A stretch of 64,000 bases of DNA from NCBI GenBank assembly GCA_024679065.1, contig JAGIQG010000011.1:71176001-71240000 (forward strand). The letters are read 5' to 3'. The translations under genes and the position numbers were made by a program. Below the pieces are notes generated by a model. That model had not been told where the DNA came from. It saw only the letters and a program-made list of their open reading frames with translations, and did no database searches. Origin of the DNA: Sphyrna mokarran. Taxonomy: Eukaryota. The stretch's first letter is position 1, and each line of letters starts with the position of its first letter. Shown one piece after another: positions 13,934 through 26,775 of this stretch.

Positions 13934-14118
13934 CCCAAAGATGTGCAGGTTAGATGGATTGACCATGTTAAATTAGTGTAGGTGTAGGTTAAATGGATTA
14001 GTCATGGTGGATCTGTGTGGTTAAGGAATGGAGCAAGGGAAGGGGCCTGGATAATATGCTCAGATTTGGTGCAGACTTGATGGACCAATTGGCCTCTTCA
14101 ATATAGGGATTCTATGAT
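13934..14118 (+). mobile_element. 3' half of HE1-like SINE
   Basis: cccaaagatgtgcaggttagatggattgaccatg...gggattctatga. Confidence 0.7.
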
Positions 14119-14516
14119 ATCAGCTCCCTGATATTTTCAGGCACCTCTCTGCTCCAAGGGAGGGGCCGAGAGCCAAAGGCCCACTGACCCTGGCTTGTCA
14201 TCCTTTTAATCTAGATGGCTGTGGTCAGGAAATGGAGATGTGAAACTAATCAAGTCCTGTTATTAAATTCTACAGGGCTATCAGGATACCTATTCTTCCA
14301 GGTTTCCTGACGTCAATCAGCCCCCAAATTTTGTACCCATTTGCGAGTTAATATCCAGTTAATATATAACACAACATAAAACTAGTGTAATATTCTGCCT
14401 CACATAAGGATTGTATACTCATGTAATTCATAATGAGTTCTCCTAGCTCCCTTCAGACAAATAATAAATACAGATTCATATCTAGCTCCAGTAGCAGATA
14501 ATATTGTATCATACTT

Positions 14517-14887
14517 GGGGGAGGCAATGATCTAGTAGTATTATCGCTAGACCATTAATCCAAAAGCTCAGTTAATATTCAAGGGACCCGAGTTTGAATC
14601 CTGCTATGGCAGATAGTGGAATTTGAATTCAGTAAAAACAATATCTGGAATTAAGAACCTACTGATGACCATGAAACCATTGACGAGTGTCATAAAAACC
14701 CATCTGGTTCACAAATATTTTTAGGGAAGGAAATCTGTCGTCCTTACTTGGTTTGACAAACACATGACTCCAGAGACACAGCAATGTGGTTGACTCTCAA
14801 CTGCCCTCTGAATAAGGACAATTAGGGATAGGTAATAAATGCTGGCCAACCAATGTCATCCTGTCCCAGGAATGAAACAAAAAAAAT
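14517..14887 (+). mobile_element. tRNA-derived SINE with aataaatgctggcc LINE-shared tail
   Basis: B-box-like gagtttgaatcc, internal catctggttcac...agggaaggaaatctg and an A-rich end. A second partial copy lies at 18190-18458. Confidence 0.75.
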
Positions 14888-16801
14888 TACTCAATTATCA
14901 AAAATGAACCAGCTAAGAACTGAAACAAAATTTAATCAGCAATGTATTAAACTCAGAAATGAACAACAATATTTTTGATCAGCAACTGATTTTCAAATTT
15001 GTTTCAAGAATTGAGGGTTTTTTAAATCATGGATTTATATTTTAGATTAGATTTTGTTAACTGTTCTTCAGCTAAGAGCTCATAATACTAATGAAATGAT
15101 GCTAAGTGTTTGGCATCAGAGAGAACACATTTCTCATGCAAAATGGGTTAACAATTACAACTGCAATGACAGCTTGTACATCAGTAAACAGTTCCCTGAC
15201 ATTATGAAAAATTGATACAACATTTTCATGAACTTTAATTGTTTAGCTAATTATACTCGGTGGTTTTTCTGAGGAACATAAGATGCTGTGACAGTAAGGA
15301 TATACAAAAGAGTTCACATTTGGGTTTTATGCCAGAAAGTTACGTTATGGTTCAGAAAACCACCCCATCTCTACTTTGGCCCTTGGCAAGGAACTGCACC
15401 TCTTCGAGAGTTATCCAGTCAGAGGAAAGTATTATCGCTCAATTCCATTTACCAAGCAGCTGTTGTGTGTTTGCTGTCTTTGTTTGACAGGATCCAGTGG
15501 TACTTTTAGATGTGTGTTTAAAGAAACAGGGAGGTTATTGGCTTTAAATATGTTGGCTGTATGTGTGATCAGTATTTTCCCAGGCTTTTTCACAGAGTTT
15601 ATCAGGCAAGGAACTGACCTTTGTAACAGACACTTTTCATCATATAACTTTTTACTTTGATTTGCCTCCTGCTGTTTCATGTTCCAAACAGTTAAGAAAC
15701 CACTAAGATGATTATTAATTATACTTTGGGGGCCTTGCCCTCTTTTCCTGAGGCTCTGCAAATATTTATTTGTTGTAACAATTATATTTCTTTAGCTGAA
15801 GAATAGAGGTTCAAAATTATGTAATAGCCAGAAAATCCTATTTAATGTGCATTGTATCAATTTGAACATTTTATTCTATTGTATGGAATTAGAATATTGA
15901 TATAAGCTAATCACATGTTGTACTCCAAATCTGCTTCCATGGATGTGATCAAAGTTGAGAATGGGCATAAAATGCCTTATTTGAACATTTTGATGCAACA
16001 CAAGCTAGGATAGATGATAGTCAGTGTCCTGGGGTTTAATAGACTTCCTACATATGTGCTGTCATTTCCATTTCCGGTGCTCAATTTATCGCAAATTGCT
16101 TTCTAGATCAGCAATCTGCATGCCATATTACCTATCACCTCATCTCTGTTGAGCTATCGATAGCACAGTTCCTTGAATGTTTTCTGCATCATTGGCTTTC
16201 TAGAAAGTTGCAAGTTGTTGCCCCAAATGTAATCAAATCAATTATCGAAGCAATTCAGAATGCGTGGCACAATTTCCTGTCCATTAATCTGTTTCTAAAA
16301 CAGGCTTTTTTTTAACAAATAAGTTTGGATTGCAAAAAAAAGGTCCCTGTTGAGCACACTATTAAAAGCATATTATACTCCACGAAAAGAACCAAAAGCA
16401 GATTAAGACACTTTCATCATTTCATTCAGACTATTCTTATGTAGCTTTCATTTTAATTAATTTTTTTAAAGGTTGATGTACATTCAGGATGAGAATCAGG
16501 TAGAGTAAGGGTGTAGAGTTGGAGGGGTTGGTGGGTGGGAGTGGGGGAATTGAATGGTAGGTAATGGGGGAGCTAGTGTGAGGCGTCAATCTTAATCATG
16601 GACCTCAACTTCATCTGCTTTCCTCCAATCAGTCCCCGGTTCAAAATTGGCAGGCTATAATAGATGGTTAGTTGGCAGGAGCAGAAAATTGGGTGGCAGG
16701 AGGCCAAATGAACAATCCCTGTCACTTGGATAAGTTGTGAGAAGAGTCTTCTTTTAAAGGGGACTTGTGATCCAAAGAGGTGAATCTGAAGGCTTTTACC
16801 A

Positions 16802-17122
16802 ATCATAGAATACCTACATATCAGGAGAAGGCTGTTTGGCCCATTAAGCCTGCAGCAATAGCCATCCCGCCCAGGGTCTATGCCCATAACCCCACACATT
16901 TACAATACTAATCGTCCTGATGCCCCTCTAATACTAAGGAGCAATTTAGCACGGTAAATCAACGCACATTTTTGGACTGTCAGAGGAAACTGGAGCATCT
17001 CAAGGAAACCCACACAAACATGGGGAAAATGTGCAAACTCCACACAGACAGTGACCAAAGCCAGGAATTGAACCAATATTCCTGGCACTATGAGGCAGCA
17101 GAGCTAACCACTGTGCTGCCCA
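16802..17122 (-). mobile_element. HE1-like SINE
   Basis: Tail atcatagaat; head gctaaccactgtgctgccc (reverse of gggcagcacagtggttagc). Confidence 0.85.
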
Positions 17123-17379
17123 CTGATCCTTGGAGGATCACTTGCCTCTCAGTGTCCTTTTCTGCAGCAACAGTTTTCCTAATCAAGATGGCAGTTAAAA
17201 AAGGAGTTGGACCCCAATAAAGCTCAATCTTTGGGCAGATATCCTTCCCACTGATCCAGAAGAGCAAGGTTAAAATTGAAAAACTATGGGGAGGCAGCTG
17301 ATTTCAGCAGGTTATTCACCCAGACTATTATCAAAAAATGTGTTATAAATGTTAGTTGCAAATTTTTCTTTATAGATGC

Positions 17380-17550
17380 TTAAGATGTGCGAGTTTGGGG
17401 GATTGACTATGCTAACTTGCCTTTAATGTTGGGAGAACTAACTAAGGTAAATACATGATGTTATGGGGGTACGGTCCTGATGGGATTGTGGTTGATGCAG
17501 ATTCGATGGACGAAATGGCCTTCTTTTGCACCATATGATTCTATGATTCT
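17380..17550 (+). mobile_element. 3' half of HE1-like SINE
   Basis: aagatgtgcg...atggacgaaatggccttcttttgcac...tatgattctatgattct. Confidence 0.65.
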
Positions 17551-17959
17551 TTAATTACAACCAGTTGATGCATCAGGATCCTTTTAGGTTTGTCATTACA
17601 TGACCTTATTTTAGACATTGGTGAAGTATTATTCATAGCCATCATCAATTTACCAAATAGAAGTGTAACAGGATTTTAAACTAAATTAGCATGTCACAGT
17701 CATACAAACTGCCATTCTACTTTCTTGCTGATCCGCAGCAGCACCAATTCAATTTTCCAACCAAGGCATCAAAGGGGCTTTTTCCTTACCTCAGCCATTC
17801 CAGCTACTGTAGGCACAGAATGGAGTAATCAGCTGAGTTCAGAAGTCAGTTTGCTAATTAGGAAAACATATCAAATTTACTAAATGAAGTGGCCCTCTAA
17901 TATGGAAATGACATCAATTTCCCTCTGATAAAACAATGAGGGTATATGACTCTTCCCAC

Positions 17960-18458
17960 AGATCTTTGGACTCTGGGAGGAAACCGGAGCACCCAAACAA
18001 AACTCAAGCAGACACAAGGAGAATGTGCACATAGTCACTTGAGGCTGGAATTAAACCTGAGTCCTTGGTGCTGTGAGGCAGCAATGCTAACCACTGTGCC
18101 TTTTTTCCAGGGATCTCTGACAAGACCAACATTTAGTGCCTATCTTTAAATCCCTTGAAAGATGGTGAGCTGTCTTCCTGAGTCATGATAGATGGTAAAA
18201 TTCAAATTCAATATAAATCTGAAATTAAAAGTTAATAATGACCATGAAACTATTGTTGATTATCATTAAAAAAATCCATCTGGTTCACTAATGTCTGTTA
18301 GGGTAGGAAATCTGCCATTCTCACCTGGCCCGGACTACCTTTGACTCCTGATCCACAGTAATGGCCTCTGAAATGACCATTCAATTCAAAACTGGTTTGG
18401 GATGGGCAATAAATGCTGGCCCAGCCAGCTATACCTGTATCCAATGAATAAAAAGAAA
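17960..18458. mobile_element. Cluster: 5' half of HE1-like SINE (-, 17960-18100) and partial second-family SINE (+, 18190-18458)
   Basis: ggaggaaaccggagcaccc...gctaaccactgtgcc, then catctggttcactaatgtc...gggcaataaatgctggcccagccagc. Confidence 0.7.
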
Positions 18459-20401
18459 GGCAACAACTTTCATTCACATAGCATCTTTAACATGGCAAAA
18501 CATCAGAAGATATTTCACATGAATGATATCAACCCAAATTGATTAAGCCATGTGAAGAGTCCATAAAAGAGATAATCAAAATCTTGGTGAAAGAGGTGGG
18601 TTGTATCGCAGATTCAAAGTAATATACAACCCATTTACAGATTGGCCTGGTTTCAGTGTTTGCATTTTTAATGAAAGTGGGCAGAATATTCTTGAAATAA
18701 AATGCTCACTATTGATATATTTGGATTGACTTTGATATTGAAATACTTACTGTAGAACTGGAAGCAGAACTATACCTGCCAAAAATAGAATTTAACTCAC
18801 GGAGCACAGATGACAGGAAGTGCCATCATGTGGGAAAACTTCCCTCACTGCCGAACCGGATTGTTATTTTTTTCACAGGAAATCTATCTCTCGTGACTTG
18901 GAAAACATTTGTAAGTGTGTTGTTGAAAGACTTGCCATTCAGGTCCTGTGTGACTTACCAATGATCCATTGATAGCTGGGAAACATTTAAGAATGATTAT
19001 TATACAGAGAGTTTGAGCTGAAATGTGAAGCTCAGGATTCAAGTCTTGCCAAGAAATTACAGCCCAGATTAAGTGGGTTAGACATGGTTTCAGCGTAGAG
19101 TTTCCCACATTCCAAGGTTCACTTCCTTTCCTGAATTCTTGACAAGAAAAAAGCACTACAAAATGGTGAGGTCGCCATGCGTGACCGAATGCGTGTTATT
19201 TTATTCAAATACAAATCAACAAACTGAAATTATAACTTCACATTATAAAAACTGCTGCAGATGAAACGAAACTTGGTCGCAGGCATATACCTGATGTAAG
19301 AAAACACCATTCAGTTCAGTGAAACAAAATACAATAAAATCAACTGTTATTTCATAACGTGACATCAGCCTATCTTTGCAAATAATTCCAGGATGACATG
19401 AGAGTGCAGCTGCTATCGATCGTTCATCAGCCAATTATTTGGCATTTTCCAACCATGAGCAGTTAATAAGTTGTAACGTGGTAGTGCTCATTTATCTGAT
19501 AGATTCTGTAACCTGTGACACACTAACCTGTGGCAATATATCCCGTGAGTGTGAACTGTCTTTACACTTAACATTTTTCCTGATCTGGAGACTAGATTTT
19601 CATGCATTTACTGCTAAGTTAAAATATTATTGGGTATTGGCCGTCCATCTCTGCCTGATCAAATTACGCTGCTCTGTACAAATATTTATAAAAGGATTTA
19701 CAGCCACGTTTTCTTAGAGTCACAAGAATTGCTAGATGAGAAAAATAGCAAGGTCTATCTTTTTCACCTTTTACCAACTTGTGTTCGTGTGAAATGAGAA
19801 TAAAATGATTTTTTGAAAAAGCATTTATCTAAACAGAGCAATCACTCTCCATCAATTAATTGACAACAAACTCAGAAATGACACCAGGGAATCCCCAGTG
19901 ATGAAGAGTTGTGTGAAACATCGGCCCAAAGTTGCTAAGCAAGTGATATTTACCACAGGCCATACATCAAATGACTCATACGCTCTGTTTTTTTGTGAAA
20001 GAATCTGTCTAATTTCATTTGAATGAATCATGATACCAATGATATCTTCAATTGTCACTTTAATCTAATTTCCTATTTCAGTTGAAAAATTGACTGTATT
20101 TACCAAATGTAAATGAATACTAAATGAGGAATCAACATTGCTGTGTGAAAATGATTTTGCTTTACCCAGTTATTGCTGTTAGAATTCCACAAATTCCCTG
20201 TAAAAATTGGTCTGAAAAGCAGGATTGCTGCACCAATAACACCATTTGCCACATTATAATGATGACTTATTTTTTAAGCTTTCCATGTATCATTTGATGC
20301 TACAAACCCTTTTGTCTGTCATCCTGGCTTGTGGAGACAGTGCTTGTGGTCATTGAAAGATTTTGCCTGTGGCATAATTTTGCTTTCAGGGTGTAGTCTC
20401 T

Positions 20402-20550
20402 CTTAGGCAGTCCTTTGGGACTGAGGATAGTTTGCTTCCATTCTGATTCGATGGGTTCTCAGATGGCTGATAAGTCCGATATGTGATCTACAGACTCTGC
20501 CACATGCAGTGCAGGTGGTGCTTGAAGGGTTGGGTAGATGGACGGTTGTT
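20402..20550 (-). mobile_element. RTE-clade LINE extreme 3' end
   Basis: Reverse translation CTACGRVCRSHIGLISHLRTH (C2H2-like RTE C-terminus) followed by ggactgcctaaga. Confidence 0.75.
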
Positions 20551-20879
20551 GTGCAAAAAAGGGATGACAGTTTGTATGAAGCAATTGTCTTCATGAGTAT
20601 GCCTTCTTTGTTGTTTATATGTGGTATAAAAACTAAAAGCAGTAAATCCAATTAGCTAGCTCATTGCTATCTACTTTTAAAAAATAAAGTACAAGATAGC
20701 AATACGGAAAAGAACATCTGGTATTTTATATATATAGAATCAGCATCTAAAATCATAAAGTTAAACATTGTTTACATGCATCTGGAAAGGAAAATGACAA
20801 GGTAACGTTTAGAGGGGAAGTGCTTTGTCATAAAATCTAAAATAATTATCACCTGATTTACAAGTGGAGTTTTTAAAAG

Positions 20880-21170
20880 TCATTTATTTGGATGTGGGTG
20901 TAACTAGCAAAGTAGCCTTTATTTTCCATTTCAATCGTAAGAAAGCTGTGGTGAGTCACTTTCTTGAACCTCTGTTCCCACGATGCTACAAGTGTTCCCG
21001 GAAGCTTTTTAGGTAGGGAGTTCCAAGATTGTAATCCAGGGATGATTAAGGAATGTCAACACATGTTCAAGTCAAGGACCTAACTTGGAGGTGGTCAAGT
21101 TCTCTGATCTATTGCCCTTGTCATTCAAGGCAATGGTGGTCATATTCTGAGGGAGGCTGCCAAGGAAACA
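20880..21170 (-). mobile_element. Old CR1/L2-group LINE 3' fragment
   Basis: ggtagggagttccaagatt...tattgcccttgtcattc is homologous to 41460-41770 and 51718-52030. Confidence 0.6.
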
Positions 21171-21715
21171 TGAAAGACATTCATAAATAACGCAATGGCC
21201 TAGATAGTTATTGATATCATGCACATTTTACAGGTGTAATAAGGATGTCTAAGCATTTTGTACAGCAATGTGTGTGCATTTGTTACTTGTTGGAGGTGTG
21301 CCATCAATCATACTGTTGAAGTCTGAAGCATAGACATCCAGGATCTACATCTAAAAGATGCATTGTTTCTCTTTGCACATCCAGATAGAGCAGCAGTTTC
21401 AGGATGCCCTCCCAAAACTGAGCTCTCCTGAAAACAACTGGTGCTAGATTCTCTTTAAATGGTCAACGTGCAGCTTAGCTAGTATTCCAGAAAGACCCTG
21501 CAAGAGACTGCCATCAAGGGATACCAGAATGCAGAACCTGGGGAGAGCATGGGAAAAATAATCCTGAGGATTGTTGCCAGTCTATTTGCAATCATCTCAG
21601 CCCTTCCCATTGTTAACAGGATGGAAGCTGGTTGATGAAGTGAAAACAAGTCACAGAGTTTTTCTTTACAAACAAACATTCATTGGCTTTGTTCAGTTTC
21701 ATACTTTCAACACCC

Positions 21716-21845
21716 GGGATGAGATTTTCTAACCGCACTCACCCCAAAACCAGAAAATCCCACCCGAGTTCAATGAACTTTTGCATGGACTGCTCCCCAG
21801 CTGCTATGATTCCCATGGAAGGTAAGATGGGAAAATTCCAACACC
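21716..21845. mobile_element. Harbinger-type MITE
   Basis: gggatgagattttc ... ggaaaattccaac; internal similarity to 5845 and 27309. Confidence 0.6.
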
Positions 21846-23514
21846 CCCACCTCATTCCCACAATGCCAGTATCCCCTCTTTATGTGACCAAAATATTAAA
21901 TTAAACAATGCCTTTTACTTGCGCATTCTAACGACATAAACAATATAATTAACACCCACCCTTCCTGATCTTTTTCCACATCTTGATCCCCTCCTTCTGG
22001 ATTGATTGTGCTTTCTTGATTACAATGTACCCACTTGCCAGGACTTTCTTGAGAGTTGCTGCTAGTGACAGAGTGACCTGTAATTTACAGCAGATTCACT
22101 GGTGCACTGCCAAGGGAACCACAGCATCCAGCCACTGCTGGCCCATTGAATTTAAATAAGGCCAGACGACTTAGATTGAGTGTGCCTTTGGTTTATCTGC
22201 TCCGATCCAGGGATTAATCCCCATGTGGAGTTCAGGGTAGCAGGCTGCCTCACTCAGCTTCATCCCCATTCATTTCAGAAATGCCAATTTGAGCTTAATT
22301 CACATTGGGAAAGAAATACTGTGAAGCATTCTTGACAATTCATTTCACAGTTGTCTGGCTGCAGTGCAATAATATCACAAATATAAGCAAGAATACTTTG
22401 AATTGTGAAGTGTAAATCTACGATATGGTTTGGTGAGACATTGGCCAAAATTTTCCAGCCATTCCAACCCAGTTCCACAACAGCAACACCCAACCCTCAC
22501 CTGCTGTGGGGTCCCTGGCAGTGGAGGGTGCGAACAACAGGAAACTTCATTGAAGGGGCAGGACTGGAAGATTTCAACACCAACCAATGGAGAATCATCT
22601 TGGCGGTTGCAAAATATATCACAGTGGGGGAGAGGGACAGAGAGATTCTCCACTCAAACGTACTTGTGAAATAAAATATTGTATTTGTATGAAAATTTTA
22701 CACCACAACCTACAAAAGGGCAGTAATAACTTAATATACTGTTCTGTTATGAAACATACTTCATTTTTGCTCCACCCCCAAAAAATCATAAGTGGTCTGG
22801 GGCAGCCTTTACACAGGCAAAGCACGCGAAACCCCAATTTTTATTGATTGATTCCGTACAACAATTTGACATATTTGGCATAAGGTACTTCCAATTTCCA
22901 CATGACTGCAAGAAGGCATCTATTCAGGAGGACATTTTCTGATGTGCCAACACAGGAAGGGTAATGACTTACCTAGTGCTCCTGGATGCAATTTTATGTT
23001 AATCTGGGGAGATTTATTTGCATTTGCCAATTTTGTTTTTAATGATTTTTTTAAAAAAATAAAGCTTTTGTCAGCACAGCGCTTAGCATAAAAAAGTGTC
23101 CATTATGAATGAGATCAGTTGGCAAACCAAAGCACATCTCTTTGTTAATCAAGACTTGCCAGCCATTGATCCAGCTGTGTTTTGAATGCTTTAATGTCTG
23201 AGTCTCTGCTAACTACTTTTGAGATTACTCCACATATCTATCACCTTTTGTGATAGTTCCTGTTGTTATCTGTTCCAACATCTTTCTCCAATTTGTTTAT
23301 GTCTTCTTTAATTATCCATCTTTATTTTGAAGTTGCTTACAAGATATTTCAAGTCGCCTGGTATTTTACATACTTCAACACACTTTCTCACTAGTTTGAT
23401 GAGATTGAGCTTTTTTGATCATTGAGCATTTTCCTTAATGCTTGGTGTCAGAATTGATGTTTCTTTTGCACTTGTTCCACACTTGGATTTCACTTTGAGA
23501 ATGTGGCAGCCAGA

Positions 23515-23785
23515 ACTAGTGGCATACCGGCAGGGGACCTGGGTTTGATTCCAGCTTTGAGTGGTTGTCTGTGTAGCTTGCACATTCTACCCGTGTCTCT
23601 GTGACTTCCTTTGGGACCTGCGGTTTCCTCCCACAGTAAAAAGATGTGTGGGTTAAGTTGATTGTCCATGCTAAATTGACCTTTAGTGTCAGGGGGAGTA
23701 GCAGTGATAGGACCTGGATGGATGTTGTTGGTGCAGAATGGGCCAAATGGCCTCCTTTTGCATTGCAGAAATTCTATGATTCCGT
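23515..23785 (+). mobile_element. HE1-like SINE
   Basis: gggacctgggtttgattcc; cggtttcctcccacagtaaaaagatgtg; tail attctatgattcc. Confidence 0.8.
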
Positions 23786-24649
23786 GAACTGCAATGCATA
23801 TCGTCTGGCCAGAGTATTGATAGCTGCAGTGTAATTCCTGTAGAGCTGTCCTCTATTTTTCCTGAAGATATATGCCACATTATTTTGTGAGCTAATGCGC
23901 GGAATGATAAAATGTTATCCATCTTTGCAAATCGACCACTCCTTATGCCACCTGCTATAATGGATTCTAACTGACAATCCATTTCCTGAAAGGAAGTTCA
24001 GCAAAATTTCTCACCAGTCAGGCAAATGAAGTAAACTTCAGGTCAGTTCTGTAATCGTGCATCTTAATTTTGTGAGTCATCAATCAATTGACTCTCTTGG
24101 TGCACCATTTTGATGGCTTCAAAATCTCAGGAACCATCAGACTGACATTTATGAGAGATCATCTGATGAGTCCGTACTGCAGGTCAGGATTCCAGCCTGC
24201 ACACATTGGAAATTAGAGATTGTGATGCCTCTTATTTTCAGTCTGGTCAGAAAATTGTGGACAAGAGCATACGCTTTTAAGTCAAGTCATGAGCTTTTAA
24301 ATCTTATCCCTTACCTAAATACATATAGTGATATTCCACTGGGAGCACTGAATTATAAATTTAATTCTATATTTATAAGCCTCAATCCTATGCCTTTCAG
24401 CTTTTTGTCCAATTCTTTTTACAAGATGTTAATTGATGCAATTATTTTCAATAAGTTTGGTGCACAGATCCACAACTAGAGGGGAAATTTCTTTTAATTC
24501 CAAAAATTGCATGAAGTTTGTCCATTTCAGGCTCAGTATTTCAGAAATGTAGGACATAGTAAATTGCTTAAATCTCTAAAATGTGACTTTCACATTGTGA
24601 ATGGTTCCATCACAGCACAAACATCACAAAGGTTTCAACTCCACACTGA

Positions 24650-25036
24650 GTAGCACAGTGGTGCAGTGGTTAGCACTGCTGCCTCACAGCTCCTGAGACC
24701 TGGGTTCAATTCGGTCACAGCTTAGGTCTCTGTGTGAAGTCTGCACGTTCTCCTCATATCTGCATGGGTTTCCTCTGCTTTCCTCCCACAGTCCAAAGAT
24801 AAGTGCATTTGCCATGCTAAGTTGCTCCTTAGTGTCCTGGGGTACGTAGGTTAGAGGGATTAGCAGCATAAAATTGTGGAGCTGAAGTGGTGTTGTTGGC
24901 CTTCTTCTGCACTGTAGAGTCTCTGTGATTCTAAGGGCGGGATTTCTGAAACACGGTTGTCCCAAAACTAGAAAGTCCTGCCTGAGGTCGATGGACTTCT
25001 CCACGGTCCAGCCCACCACGATTTCAAATTCCACCC
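24650..25036 (+). mobile_element. HE1-like SINE (24650-24932) immediately followed by a MITE (24935-25036)
   Basis: gtggtgcagtggttagcactgctgcctcacagc...ctgtgattcta, then gggcgggatttc...aaattccaccc. Confidence 0.8.
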
Positions 25037-25635
25037 ACCCTGCCACCAAGAGTTATCCTTTCAGTCCAGAATTCAGGTCAACACATTCCAACTAATGTTA
25101 AACAATGCAAACCTAACTTGAAGTTGGTACTCTGGCAGGTAGTCTTCATATGTGCAGACATTTTAATGCAAAAATAACTCTTGAGAGTCAAGTTATACAA
25201 AAGAATCATAGGAAAAATATGAAAAATGTGGAATATAAACACATGCGAAGAAATAATGAAAAGTTTTTTTTAATTTTTAACACTAATTGATCTTGAAATT
25301 GCTGTTTCTTATGTTACAAACACAGAACCTCCGTGTAAGATAAATGAGATGATGCCTCCATTAAAATAATAATCAAATTCTGCACAACTGTGCCCCAATG
25401 TCAGTCTTGGCACAGGAATAGAAAAGTTGTGTTTCCTCTTTGTTGGTGAATTTTCAGAGGTTGGAGAGGGAACATGCATGGGAGGAAACTAATTAATATG
25501 GGAAAAGTAGTAAAAGTTGATGAAGCCATCTCGACTTATTGTGTGTGGACATAGATAGATTGATAGATAGGATGATCTTCTAAGTGATGAATAACTAACC
25601 GTGCTTTCTATCAAAACATTCATCTGGAGGCTATT

Positions 25636-26775
25636 AGAACATAGATCATAGAACATAGAACAATACAGCACAAACAGGCCCTTTGGCCCACGAGTTGCGC
25701 CAATCACATCTACCAATCCACAGACCTATCTATAACCCCCAATCCTATTCTTTTCCATATACTCATCCAGAAGTCTTTTAAAAGACCCCAGTGAGTTTGC
25801 CTCAACAACCTCTGACGACAGTCGGTTCCATTCACTCACAACTCTCTGGGTGAAAAACCTACCCCTGACATGGCCTTTGTATTTGCTTCCCTGCACCTTA
25901 AATCTGTGTCCTCTCGTAGTGACCATTTCAGCTCAGGGAAATAGTCTCTGAGAGTCCACCCTATCTATCCCTCTCAATATTTTATAAACCTCTATCAGGT
26001 CTCCTCTCAACATACGTCTCTCAGAGAGAAGAGTCCCAGCTCCCTCAACCTATCTTCATGAGGCCTGCCTCCCAATCCAGGCAGCATCCTTGTAAATCTC
26101 CTCTGAACTCTCTCAATAGTCTCTACATCCTTCCTATAATGAGGCGACCAGAACTGCGCACAATACTCCAACTGGGGTCTGACAAGAGTCTTATAGAGCT
26201 GCATCATTAGCTCCTGACTCCTAAACTCTATTCCTCGATTAATGAAGGCCAGTACACCGTACGCCTTCTTGACCACTTCCTCCACCTGCGAGGCCGATTT
26301 AAGAGTCCTATGGACCCGGACCCCGAGATCCTTCTGCCCTACAACACAGCTAAGACTCCTACCCCTTATATTGTACTCCTTCATCCCATTATTCCTGCCA
26401 AAATGGACCACTACACATTTATCTGCGTTGAAGTCCATCTGCCACTTCTCCGCCCAGTCTTGCGTCCTGTCTATGTCCCACTGCAACTTTTGGCATCCCT
26501 CCAGACCATCCACAACACCACCGATCTTTGTATCGTCGGCGAACTTGCTAACCCATCCCTCCCCTTCCTCATCCAGGTCATTTATGAAAACGACAAACAG
26601 CAGGGGTCCCAGAACAGATCCCTGGGACACACCACTGGTTACCGACCTCCATGCAGAACAAGACCCATCCACAACCACTCTCTGCCTTCTGCCAGCAAGC
26701 CAGTTCTGGATCCACGAGGTCAAAGCCCCTTGGATCCCATGTCCTCTCACCTTCTCCAGAAGCCTTGCATGGGGG
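25636..26775 (-). mobile_element. 5'-truncated CR1 (HER1-like) LINE: RT C-terminal half, 3' UTR and microsatellite tail; inactive
   Basis: ORF 26007-26750 contains SGVSQGSVLGPLLFVVFINDL and KFADDTK RT motifs. There is a 1-nt frameshift near 26020 and a TGA before TRGHRFK...FFTQRVVSEWNRL. The tail is (ttctatg)n-like. Confidence 0.95.

Noticed and set aside
24650-24730. tRNA-like A/B boxes here and at other SINE heads
   Set aside because: No full cloverleaf, and they continue into SINE cores, so they are not tRNA genes.
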